DNA of 64,000 nt. Origin: Alphaproteobacteria bacterium (GTDB taxonomy: Bacteria; Pseudomonadota; Alphaproteobacteria; MPNO01; UBA830). This document shows, one piece after another, positions 28,226-37,059 of this stretch. The translations under genes were made by a program, and so were the position numbers. The notes below the pieces were generated by a model. It worked only from the letters and a program-made list of their open reading frames with translations. It was not told the origin of the DNA and did not search any database. The DNA lies in assembly GCA_965243135.1 (NCBI GenBank), contig OZ251539.1, forward strand, positions 4,928,001 through 4,992,000, written 5' to 3'. Every line of letters starts with the position of its first letter. The first letter of the stretch is position 1.

Positions 28226-29146
28226 TCACCTCCTTTTCAAAACGGTCGTCAGATAGATGCCGGCGGCGATCAGGCCGATGCCGATCGCGTGAAACCGGAA
28301 CAGTTCCTCTCCGAGGAAGCCCATCGCCAAGAGCACGGTATAAACGGGGATGAGGTGCACGAAGAGGCCCGCCCTTCCGGGTCCCAGGTTCTCGACAGCG
28401 TGATTCCACCAGAACATCGCGAGGATCGACGAAAAAACGGCGTTGAACGCCGTCGCCCAAGCCGCCTCCCAGACCAGCGGCATCGGCGCGAAGAAGACGG
28501 TTTCGAGGATCCAGAAGGGAAACACCGCGACGGCTCCCGCGGCGAGGATGCCGAACACGAGAACGAGGCGATCGAGTTCCCTCGGCACGCGGCGCAGGAG
28601 CACGGCATAGAACGCCCACGAAACGACCGAGACGAGAATGAAGACGTCGCCGACGTTCAATCGCAGCGACAGCAGAGCCGCCGGCTCGCCGCGAGCGACG
28701 AGGTAAACGACCCCGATCAGCGACAGCAGAACGCCGAGCCACTGCACGGCCGTCAGGCGGTCGCGGAACATCGCCCATGCGCAGGCCACGATCACCACCG
28801 GCTCGGCGGAGTTGATCAGAGCGCCGTTTATCGCGGTGGTGAACTGCAGGCCGACGAACAGCATGCCGTTTCCGCCGATGAAGAGCAGAGCCCCGAGGGA
28901 GGCGACGATCTTCCAGTTCGCGCGCATCAGCGGCATCTGGGCGCGCAACGCGAACCTGCACATCGGATACAGGAGGGCGAGCGCGAGCACGCAACGCCAG
29001 AAGGACAGGCCGGCCGGCGGCACGACGCCCGCGACGTCCCTCACCACGACGATGCTCCCCGCCCAGCAGAGCATTGCAAGAGGGCCGGCCAGCAGCGGCG
29101 GCGGCGCGTGCCGGGCGATGACGTTATCGGCCGGCAAGGGATTCAC
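28226..29146 (-). CDS. DMT/EamA family transporter
   Basis: Two EamA halves: GLQFTTAINGALI, GDVFIL, LGPGRAGLFVHLIPV, FLGE. The exact start is uncertain. Confidence 0.88.
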   Translation of the reverse strand: MNPLPADNVIARHAPPPLLAGPLAMLCWAGSIVVVRDVAGVVPPAGLSFWRCVLALALLYPMCRFALRAQMPLMRANWKIVASLGALLFIGGNGMLFVGLQFTTAINGALINSAEPVVIVACAWAMFRDRLTAVQWLGVLLSLIGVVYLVARGEPAALLSLRLNVGDVFILVSVVSWAFYAVLLRRVPRELDRLVLVFGILAAGAVAVFPFWILETVFFAPMPLVWEAAWATAFNAVFSSILAMFWWNHAVENLGPGRAGLFVHLIPVYTVLLAMGFLGEELFRFHAIGIGLIAAGIYLTTVLKRR

Positions 29147-29254
29147 CCAGTTCCTCGTTCACGCACGGCAGCGCCTCGCGCGCCTCCATCGACCGCCCGG
29201 CAAGCGCGGCACAGTCGCGCTCCGTGCAACGCGCGGAAATCCTCCACCTCTTCG

Positions 29255-29648
29255 CGAGTCGTTGGCGAGCCGGTATGGCGGCGCGCCTGCCTAAATGCCG
29301 AGGATCATGGCCTGCATCGTCTTGGCGTTGCGGCCGATATCCAGGTTGCCCAGCCTCTCGGCGTTCGAAAGAAGTCCGCCGGGACCGATGCCGAAGATGA
29401 AGCGACCTTCGGTCAGACGATCGATCATCGCCACATGGGCCGCGACCATGGCGGGACGGCAGCGTCACGGCCGCGCTGCCGAAAGCGATTCGCTTCGCGT
29501 CGCTCGAGAGAGACGCAACGAGCATCAGGCAGGAAGCGACGGGTTCGGCGTGGTCGGCGAACAGGATCGCCTCGCGATCCTCCCGCAGAACCCGGCGGTG
29601 GTCCCTCGCCGACGGATGCACGGGCTGAATGAAGAAGCCGAGGCGCAT
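29255..29648 (-). pseudogene. Degraded LLM-class flavin-dependent oxidoreductase
   Basis: MRLGFFIQPVHP..RDHRRVLREDREAILFAD jumps to AEPVASCL (usual GEH-containing segment absent), frameshifts near 29455 into AMVAAHVAMIDRLTEGRFIFGIGPGGLLS, has an in-frame TAG at 29291-29293, and lacks the 3' half. End coordinate approximate. Confidence 0.82.
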
Positions 29649-29655
29649 GCCGCCG

Positions 29656-29664
29656 ACTATAGCA
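29656..29664 (-). promoter_or_regulatory. Candidate extended -10 (TGCTATAGT), leaderless-type promoter of the LLM pseudogene
   Basis: Minus strand reads TGC-TATAGT, 7 nt, then ATG, with no Shine-Dalgarno sequence. Confidence 0.4.
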
Positions 29665-29702
29665 AAACGCCCGGCGGCGCGACAGAAAAACGGGCGGAAA
29701 CG

Positions 29703-31720
29703 CAGGCCTATCCCCCGCTGTTTTTTTATATGCCAGCACGTCAGGTCAGGGTGCTGGCTAGATCCCAACCGGTGAACCGGGCGGCCCGGAACATGCAGCA
29801 TGCCGGGTTCGGAACGGCGACACTTCGGGGGAAGGGGGGTATAGAGGTACGGAGGAGGAGAGTTTGCTTCCGGCACTGCGCGCCGACGAGGCGTCAAGGC
29901 AGGAGAACGGCCTCCATTCCCTTGCGACGGTCGAACGAACGCGTAGCCTGCGCCACGCTGTCCATATTCTTACGAAGAATTATCGCGCAGGCGATGCTTC
30001 CGATAGTCGCATTGCTTGCGGAGCCGAAGCCGGTGCTGAACCGCGAGTGGTCTTCCCGGAAGTTGACGTCGCGGAGGTCCTTGTTCTCGACGCTCCAGTG
30101 TCCGCGGCTGAAGGCCAGCAATTCCCCGGCTCCAGCCTCGGCCAGGGAGGTGATGCCGTAAGCGTGCTCGATGGTTTTCGCGCCGGTCTTCACAACCTCC
30201 CGTTCGCGGGTAACGCGGAAGATCTGCGCGACGTGAGGGTAGTTGATCGCGCCCGGGAGGAGTCTGACGACATGCCGTTGGTCGATGCGTCCGTGGGCGA
30301 GGTCGGCTTCTTCGGAGAAACCGGCGTCCGCCTCCCACTCTATCGTCTCCAGAAGTTCGCACGTCTCGGGCGAGTTGCCCTTGATCGAGAGGAGGTAGTC
30401 GGCGCGATGCGTTTCGACGATGAGCCGGGCCGTGTCCCTGGTCGTGTGAAGGGCATCGAGAGTGATGACACGGCCCGACACGTCGACAGTTTCAAGCAGT
30501 GCGCGGACGGCGGCGATCTCTCCGCCTTCAAAGCCGATGCCGACAAGCGGGATACCCGTGTTGTGCTCGACCAAGGTTGCGATTTCGGCATGAACGGCGC
30601 CGGTGCGGTTGGCCCGGCGGACGCGCTTGCCGTCGGCCGCGATCGCGCGCCCAATCTCAAGGCGTGGCACGGCGTGGCGGACAAGCGCCTTCTTGATCTC
30701 GATCAGGTCAATGTTCGAGACGACGCGGTGGATGGTGGATTTCGAGACGGCCTCGTGAAGTTCCGTCTTCTTGTTCTTCCATGCGCCGAGCGCTTCGAGT
30801 TCCTCCTGGGTCAGCGACTTTGCATACTCGGCCGCCGCCACTGGTCCACGGAACCCGGCCAGCCAGGCAAGCGCGTAGATGCTGAAGACCGACGCCGCGG
30901 AATGTTTCCGCCCTTGCGCCCGGCGAAAGTCGACGATTTCCGCGAATTCGTCGCGGAGCGCGCGGAGTTCGCCGGGCTTTTTCCCCGAAGCGGCCCCTGT
31001 CCGCTCCCACTTCTCGGGTAGTTTCCTTGCGCGCAGAAGGCGCTGCGCATCGCGCCGAAGCGGATGGACGTAAAGCCGTTTGGGCGCGCCGTGCGGTTCC
31101 GTGTACCGGCCATTCGACCTGGAATACCCCTTCGAATCTCCGACATGAATCCAGCCGCCCGCCTTGTAGATGGTGCCCTCGAAACGGGACGGGTCGACAA
31201 AGGTTTCGGCCAACAGCAGCCGATGCCCCCAATGCGCCTGCCAGTCGTCGCTGAGACGGCTCAGCATCCGCGCCATCGCAAAAGACGCCAAGTTGCGGCA
31301 CATGCTCTGCTTCGCCAGCGACACGAAGCGGGTGTTGTTGGCTATCAGGTGCAGACGGCGAAACTGGCTGGCGGGATCCCAGCCGATCCACCGATCCCGC
31401 GGCCGGCACTTGAACGCGCCGGTTTGCCAGCCCGCAAGCGCCAGCCAGCGGTCCCGCCATGCAACCACGTACCGCAAGCCGCGCCCAGCGAAACGCTTGA
31501 ACTCCAGGTAATGGTTCTCGCGAACGAGAGCGTCCCACCTGACCCGTTCGTCCGGTCGAGCGAGGCGAACCTCCACCTCCTCGAGCGAAAAATCTTCCAA
31601 GTCGAGAATCTCAGCCATGACCTGTGAGTAACCGAATCGGTTGACGAAAGCCAGAGAAACATGCAGCGCAGCGAAAATAAGCGCGGAATCACGCCGCAAC
31701 CGTAGCGTGGGATCGCCCTA
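29703..31720 (-). mobile_element. ISAs1-family insertion sequence (~2.0 kb)
   Basis: Imperfect 17-bp terminal IRs CAGGCCTATCCCCCGCT (29703) and TAGGGCGATCCCACGCT (reverse complement ending 31720), 13/17 identical; flanked by gcggaaacg (29694-29702) and gcggaaaag (31721-31729), 8/9 identical. Confidence 0.72.
29894..31618 (-). CDS. ISAs1-family DDE transposase with N-terminal DUF4338 (DruA-like) domain (574 aa)
   Basis: N-terminus ENHYL..GRGLRY..RDRWIGW..IANNTRF..NLASF..ETFVDPSRFEGTIYKAGGW; C-terminus DFRRAQGRKH, IAADGK, TLDALHT, IKGN, HGRID, RGHWSVEN, RDVNFRED. Confidence 0.85.
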   Translation of the reverse strand: MAEILDLEDFSLEEVEVRLARPDERVRWDALVRENHYLEFKRFAGRGLRYVVAWRDRWLALAGWQTGAFKCRPRDRWIGWDPASQFRRLHLIANNTRFVSLAKQSMCRNLASFAMARMLSRLSDDWQAHWGHRLLLAETFVDPSRFEGTIYKAGGWIHVGDSKGYSRSNGRYTEPHGAPKRLYVHPLRRDAQRLLRARKLPEKWERTGAASGKKPGELRALRDEFAEIVDFRRAQGRKHSAASVFSIYALAWLAGFRGPVAAAEYAKSLTQEELEALGAWKNKKTELHEAVSKSTIHRVVSNIDLIEIKKALVRHAVPRLEIGRAIAADGKRVRRANRTGAVHAEIATLVEHNTGIPLVGIGFEGGEIAAVRALLETVDVSGRVITLDALHTTRDTARLIVETHRADYLLSIKGNSPETCELLETIEWEADAGFSEEADLAHGRIDQRHVVRLLPGAINYPHVAQIFRVTREREVVKTGAKTIEHAYGITSLAEAGAGELLAFSRGHWSVENKDLRDVNFREDHSRFSTGFGSASNATIGSIACAIILRKNMDSVAQATRSFDRRKGMEAVLLP

Positions 31721-31875
31721 GCGGAAAAGCCGGCCCCGTCAAGCGTAAAGCTCGGCTTCGCCAAGCGGCGCCGATCCGCTCTCGAAACGGCGGAAAAGCC
31801 GCCGGAATCATCCGCTGAATCGTTGCCGCGCGCCCGGTTCACCGATCCCGCAGCAAACCATCCGCCGTCCCCGCC

Positions 31876-34170
31876 TCATTCGGCGCGTTCGACCGCCGCC
31901 TGCAGCCGATCCGGAGATTCTTTCGCAGCCGCGGCGACAAGCCTCCGCATTTCCTCCACGTCCTCGGCGTATTCCTTAAGACGCCGCTCGAAGCTCGCCC
32001 GGTTCTTGGTGCATTTCAGCTTGTAGGGACGGCCCTGCTCTTCCTCCTCGTAGTCGATGTCGAGGCGGTTTTCGTCGATTTGCGCCATCAGGTGCCCCCG
32101 CAAATCCCCCCGAACCGAAAAACGGTGCACCATGGCGACGGGATCCCCGCAGAAAGCCTTGAGTTCCTTGCAATGTTCGCACTTGCAGCTGACATCGCCG
32201 GAAATCGTCCAGTCCGAAGGAGACGTCGGCGGCGTTTCGCTTCGCGCAAGCAGAAAGTCGGCCGCGCGCCGCCACAGGGTTTCATATGCGCCGCCCCCTC
32301 CGCGCACCTTTTTCAACCGTTCCAGCGCCTGCGGCAACTCCCGGTCCGGAGACACTCCCTCGGAGCGGGCGGCGATCAGCTCGGCCGCTTCATCGGCCAG
32401 GCTCTCGAGACCGAAACGCCACGCGAGACGAAAGAGATCCCGGACGCCCTCGACGCCGAGCCGCGGTCTGTCGGGAACGGACCACGCCGAGCGATCAGGC
32501 TTCTCCCGGGTCAGGGCGAGAGGCAGGCTTTCGCAGGCCGCGCGCGCGGTCGCGCGGAAAATCCCGTCCCACGGTTCGTCGCCCGCCAGACGCTCGCACA
32601 ACCGCCACGTCAAATCGAGGATCCCGGCGCTGCTCTGCCCGAAACGCTCGCTGGCGAGTCCCGGCAGGAATTCGCGCATGCTCTCCGGGTCGAGGCCAGT
32701 CGAAGCGGCGACCAACGCATCGTTGACTCCGGGATCGTAGTCAGGAAGCAGAACCTCTCGAAGAAAACGCGACAGCAAAACCGTATCGCCGATCGAATGC
32801 AGAAGCTCGATCCCGCGGCTGCAGTTCGCATGCCATTGGCGATCCCCCCATTTTTTCTGCGGCCAGAGGTCGACCAGCCGAACTGCAAGCGCGCGCGCGG
32901 GACCGCTCCCGCCAGCCTCGCCCGCGACGAATTCTATCGCCCCCGCAATGCCGCCCTGAACAAGAACATCCAGGGTCTCCGCCCGCGGCCAAACCACGAG
33001 AGCCGCGTGGAGATAAGAGCGCTCGTAGCTTGCTCCGCCGTTACCCGTCGCCTCGTGAAGCCTCTGCTGGTCCGGCTCCGCGTCGTCGAGTCCCCCCATC
33101 GGCATCAGCTCGCCATCGAGCACGGGCACGTTGCCGTAATCCGGGCGTCCGCCGCCGGGCGCCGCCCAACCGTCCAGCCAGTTCGCCACCTCGACCACTT
33201 CGACCACCTCGAAGTCCGCGTCGTCTTCGGACTCGGAATCCCAAGGATCGTAGCCGTAAGACTCGGCGGATCCCGTTTCCTCGGTATGGACCAGCGCGGC
33301 ATACGTTGCGCAGCCGGCGCGTTCCGCGGCCTCCCCGAGTACGCGGGCAACCGCCGCATCCATGTTCTTGAGCGTTTCGAAGGACAGTCCGGCAGCGCTA
33401 TAATCGTGCTCCAGAAGCCACACGATCTTCTTCGATCTCTCGGGGTCGCGGCTCCAGTCCGACAGCACAGAGGCGAGGGCGGCTACCTGGGGCTCGTAAT
33501 CGGGCGCGCCGAATGACTCGCTCTCCGTCAGGACCAGATTGTAGACGAGACATATGCGGTAGCCTTCCGTCACCGGCAGGATCTCGTGCTCGCAATCGGC
33601 GTAGAAGGCCGCATAGGCGAGTTCCGACGGTTCGGAGAGGTTCATGTCGACAACGGTTTCCCGTCCCTGATGCCGGATGACGAGGTCGCCTCCCGATCCG
33701 GCCGCCGGAAACGCGACGACCAGCGTGGCGACCATGCCGTCTTCCTTCTCCGTGTCGCGGTGGCTGACGAAGAAACCGCCGGGTTCGTAGACCAGCAACT
33801 TGTACAGCTCCGCCCTGAGCCCCGGGCAGCCGAGTCCTTCCGTTGCAAGCTCGAGGATTCGGCCGAACGTTTCGGCCCATGTCCGGCCGCCGGGATGCAC
33901 CCGTTTCGGGTCGATCTGCCAGCAATTGCGAACCCCGGAGTCCACGAGCGTCCGCGCGCCCTTGCCGTAGGGCGCGCGCTCCGCCGTCGCGACCAGGGCT
34001 TCGGCCTGTACCGCCGGAACCGGAAACGAAATCGTGCCGACGCCTTCGATCTGCAGAAGCGGCATCGGCACGCAAAGGCTGCCGTGCGTGCAATAATCTC
34101 CCGGACGGTCTATCTCGCGCAGCAATTCTTCGAGCGGCTTCAAGCCTTCGTTGTATTCGATCAACTCCAT
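31876..34170 (-). CDS. Large 2OG-Fe(II) oxygenase-domain protein (764 aa)
   Basis: GAGGAG RBS; LYKLLVYEPG.FF.SHRDTEK (HxD), AAFYADCEHE.PV..GYR..LVYNL; long uncharacterised C-terminal region with CKCEHC. Confidence 0.82.
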   Translation of the reverse strand: MELIEYNEGLKPLEELLREIDRPGDYCTHGSLCVPMPLLQIEGVGTISFPVPAVQAEALVATAERAPYGKGARTLVDSGVRNCWQIDPKRVHPGGRTWAETFGRILELATEGLGCPGLRAELYKLLVYEPGGFFVSHRDTEKEDGMVATLVVAFPAAGSGGDLVIRHQGRETVVDMNLSEPSELAYAAFYADCEHEILPVTEGYRICLVYNLVLTESESFGAPDYEPQVAALASVLSDWSRDPERSKKIVWLLEHDYSAAGLSFETLKNMDAAVARVLGEAAERAGCATYAALVHTEETGSAESYGYDPWDSESEDDADFEVVEVVEVANWLDGWAAPGGGRPDYGNVPVLDGELMPMGGLDDAEPDQQRLHEATGNGGASYERSYLHAALVVWPRAETLDVLVQGGIAGAIEFVAGEAGGSGPARALAVRLVDLWPQKKWGDRQWHANCSRGIELLHSIGDTVLLSRFLREVLLPDYDPGVNDALVAASTGLDPESMREFLPGLASERFGQSSAGILDLTWRLCERLAGDEPWDGIFRATARAACESLPLALTREKPDRSAWSVPDRPRLGVEGVRDLFRLAWRFGLESLADEAAELIAARSEGVSPDRELPQALERLKKVRGGGGAYETLWRRAADFLLARSETPPTSPSDWTISGDVSCKCEHCKELKAFCGDPVAMVHRFSVRGDLRGHLMAQIDENRLDIDYEEEEQGRPYKLKCTKNRASFERRLKEYAEDVEEMRRLVAAAAKESPDRLQAAVERAE

Positions 34171-34402
34171 TTTCAAGTCTCCTCGTTACGGCGCACAGGA
34201 GCGACAAGACCGACGGACATTGCGGCGCAATGACCCGACACGGCGGCGCTGCCGCGCCCGGCAATGTATGGCACATCCCGGCGGAATCAGGCATGGCCCT
34301 GCCTCCAAGGTCCGAACGCGAGCGGCAGCGGAAAGGCGGTTGGCACAACCATCGAAACCGGGCACAAACGGGCGGACGCCGCCAAAATCATCGGAAGATG
34401 CC

Positions 34403-35491
34403 ATGCCCGACCTCCCTGCGACAATGCACGAAATCGTCATCGCCGCGCGCAACAACGTCGGCCGGGCGGTCTGGAACTACGTCACGGGCGCCGCGGAAAC
34501 CGAAACCACGATGCGCCGCAATCGTCATTCCCTCGACCGTCTCGCCCTGCGCCCCCGCATTTTGCGGGACGTTCGCGAGATCGACGTGTCCGCCGCCTTC
34601 ATGGGTCACCATCTGCGCATCCCGTGCCTGCTCGCTCCCATCGGCTCGCTGCAGAGCATCACTCCGGAGGGCGGGGTCGCAGTCGCCAGGGCGGCGGCGG
34701 AGTTCGGCGTGATCAATCTCGTCAGCACCGTCACCGAACCTTCCCTGGAGGAAATCGCCGCCGCGACGGACCATCCGAAAATCTTCCAGATTTACATTCG
34801 CGGCGACGAGACCTGGACCGACGAACTGATCGACCGCGCCCGCAACGCCGGATACGCGGCGCTCGCGCTGACGGTTGACTCCGCCTATTACGGGCGGCGC
34901 GAACGTCAGCTGATCACGGGCTGGCGCCCGCCCAGCATCCGGCGCTACGGCGAAGAACGCAGGATGCACCAGGCCGGCCTGACATGGGAGTGGATGGACC
35001 GCATGCGCGAACGCGGCGGCTTGCCTTTCATTCTTAAGGGCGTGCAAACGGCCGAGGACGCGAAAATCGCGATCGATCACGGCGTCGACGTAATCTACGT
35101 CTCGAATCACGGCGGACGGCAACTCGATCACGGCGACGGCACGATCGAAATCCTCGGAGAAGTGACGGCGGTCGCCGGAAATCGCGCGGAGATCGTCGTC
35201 GACGGCGGATTCCTGCGCGGAACCGACGTGCTGAAAGCGCTCGCCCTGGGCGCGGACGCCGTCGCCCTCGGTCGTTTCCAGGCGTGGGCTCTGGCGGCCG
35301 GCGGCGAACGGATGCTGGTGCGCGCGCTCGAGATCATGGAGGCCGAGATGCGAAACGCCATGGGCCTCATCGGCGTGACGTCCCTGAACGAACTTGACGA
35401 GGGCTTCGTCAAGGAGGCCCGCGCCGTCGACCGCGCGCACGAACTCTCCGCATTTCCCTTCCTTCCCGATGAAATCCGCGGTCCCCGGTAG
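34403..35491 (+). CDS. FMN-dependent alpha-hydroxy acid oxidase/dehydrogenase (362 aa)
   Basis: LRPRILRDV, LAPIG, LTVD, ILKG, signature SNHGGRQLD, DGGFLRGTDVLKALALGA. Confidence 0.93.
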   Translation: MPDLPATMHEIVIAARNNVGRAVWNYVTGAAETETTMRRNRHSLDRLALRPRILRDVREIDVSAAFMGHHLRIPCLLAPIGSLQSITPEGGVAVARAAAEFGVINLVSTVTEPSLEEIAAATDHPKIFQIYIRGDETWTDELIDRARNAGYAALALTVDSAYYGRRERQLITGWRPPSIRRYGEERRMHQAGLTWEWMDRMRERGGLPFILKGVQTAEDAKIAIDHGVDVIYVSNHGGRQLDHGDGTIEILGEVTAVAGNRAEIVVDGGFLRGTDVLKALALGADAVALGRFQAWALAAGGERMLVRALEIMEAEMRNAMGLIGVTSLNELDEGFVKEARAVDRAHELSAFPFLPDEIRGPR

Positions 35492-35733
35492 CCTTGCCGG
35501 CGGCATGCCGAGACCGGTTCGCACCGGAACGACAGGGGTTGGATTCGGCCGGCCGCTCCCGGGCCGGAAGCGGCGGGATTTTCCGGGGCTGCCCGGGGGC
35601 CGGAACGCCGAGCCTGCCGTCCGAAACCCTGGACGCCGAACTTCGAGCGCCATGCGGCCCGCAAAAAACTTCGGAGACGCGACGTTCGCCCGACTCGAAA
35701 AATTCGGAACGGCCACGCGCCGCCGCGAGAGCT

Positions 35734-36339
35734 TCAGGACGGATGGGAATCCGCCGCGATTTGCGGGTCGGCGGCAGTGGCCGTCAGATCGTACGGCACT
35801 TGGTTGGGTCCCGGAAACCTGCGCTTTCCGCCCTCGTAGCGGAACTGCTCGAAAGTCCCGGATTTTCGGCTGCGCACGATAACGGCGACGGTCTTTTCGT
35901 CGCCTGCGTATTCGGAATGAATTTCCCACGGACGAACGACATCGACGTCTCCGGGACCGCAGTGCGCCGCGTAACTTTCCTCGTAGCCGAGCCTGCCGCC
36001 TTTCTCGACCTCCCTGTAGCGGACGATCCGTTCGTTTCCCCGCAGAAGCCCGTAAACGGTCCAAGTCTCGCCGTGATCGTGAATCATGGCCCGGCCGCCC
36101 GGGTTCTTGATCAGGCCGTTGATGACAAACTTGTGGTCCCGATCCTCGTAGAACAGCAGATTGTCGACCTTCTCGCCATCGAAACCTCCCACCGGCCAGC
36201 CCTCGGCATGACGGCGCAGCGCCTCGTCCTCGAGGAGTTCTCCGAGCAACTCACGACACCGGTTCCAGCGCGCTTCGCCGTCGAGAGCCTCGCAGGCTTC
36301 CCGCATGCGGGCGACAAATTCCTGTACCGCAGGCAACAT
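35734..36339 (-). CDS. Cysteine-dioxygenase-like cupin (201 aa)
   Basis: GGAGGG RBS; IHDHGETWTVYG...G.E....Y and PGDV.V..PWEIH.E give a 3-His cupin pattern. Confidence 0.7.
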   Translation of the reverse strand: MLPAVQEFVARMREACEALDGEARWNRCRELLGELLEDEALRRHAEGWPVGGFDGEKVDNLLFYEDRDHKFVINGLIKNPGGRAMIHDHGETWTVYGLLRGNERIVRYREVEKGGRLGYEESYAAHCGPGDVDVVRPWEIHSEYAGDEKTVAVIVRSRKSGTFEQFRYEGGKRRFPGPNQVPYDLTATAADPQIAADSHPS

Positions 36340-36526
36340 CGCATCTCCCTCCATAATCCAGAATCATCATAGGCTGCGGCGCAGCGCCGGTCCAAGCGAC
36401 CTGAACGGACGGCTTCGCGCGGATCCTCGGAATTTCCAGAGCGCGACCGCTCTTGCGGCAGCGAGCGCCGCGCAGTTCCATTATTGCGAACTCCGGTTTT
36501 CGTTCCCGGAATCAGAATCTCCGCTG

Positions 36527-36790
36527 TCAGGCCGCGATGCCGTTTAGCGTCGCGTCGCGACCCGACATCGCCCTGAAGGCAAGGACGTTCCTGCCTCCTG
36601 GGCCTGCCGGCCTGCGCGTTGGTTGACCTTGGCTGGCGGCGACGCCCGGCCCGGCAGCCTTTGAGGCTCGCGCAGCGCGCGATGCTTGCGCTCGCGAAGA
36701 AACTCGCGCTCGAGAACCTCCAGCGTTCGTCGCAGCCTTGTCGCGGAAACGGCGGAGACGATCCTTGCGGGACCAACGTTCCGGCGCGCG
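36527..36790 (-). pseudogene. Probable decayed C-terminal fragment of an ISKra4/ISLre2-type transposase
   Basis: Across frameshifts reads EVLERE-FLRERKHR / RCASLKG / GVAAS / KVNQR-AG / GGRNVLAFRAMSGRDA, collinear with the remembered consensus RMRY...GSGVVEAANKVLVNQRMKRAGMRW..GGQNVLTFRAL..SGRFD. Confidence 0.5.
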
Positions 36791-37059
36791 GCTTGGAGCA
36801 TTGTTCATCCTCAACCCTCCGCGCCGAAATCCGCGCCCGGGACGGCGTTTTGGCGCGAAATCGCCGATTTCGCTCTTGAACCGCCGCAGCCCGGACTCCG
36901 ACAATCATCGAAAATCGGCGGATTTTTCCGGTTTGACGGTTTCAGACCTGCAGACCTGCGCACCCTCCGCATGCCGTACTTCGACCGGCCTCAAAAGGAG
37001 CATTGTTGAAAGATAAAGTCTCTTCGTTACCCGGGCTCGTCCCTTGATCGAGCGCGGTT

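Noticed and set aside
29649-29702. Idea that the IS inactivated the LLM gene by removing its promoter
   Set aside because: A candidate extended -10 and room for a -35 remain between the IS end and the ATG.
29732-29758. Hairpin gccagcac-N11-gtgctggc as a terminator
   Set aside because: The T-run precedes the stem on the plus strand and reads as an A-run after it on the minus strand, which is the wrong geometry.
468-34402. N-terminally extended ORF-track starts (468, 1334, 3623, 6040, 6110, 23072, 24094, 34151 and minus-strand equivalents)
   Set aside because: The extensions are low-complexity and overlap real genes; starts were moved to RBS-supported or stop-overlapping codons at the family N-terminus.
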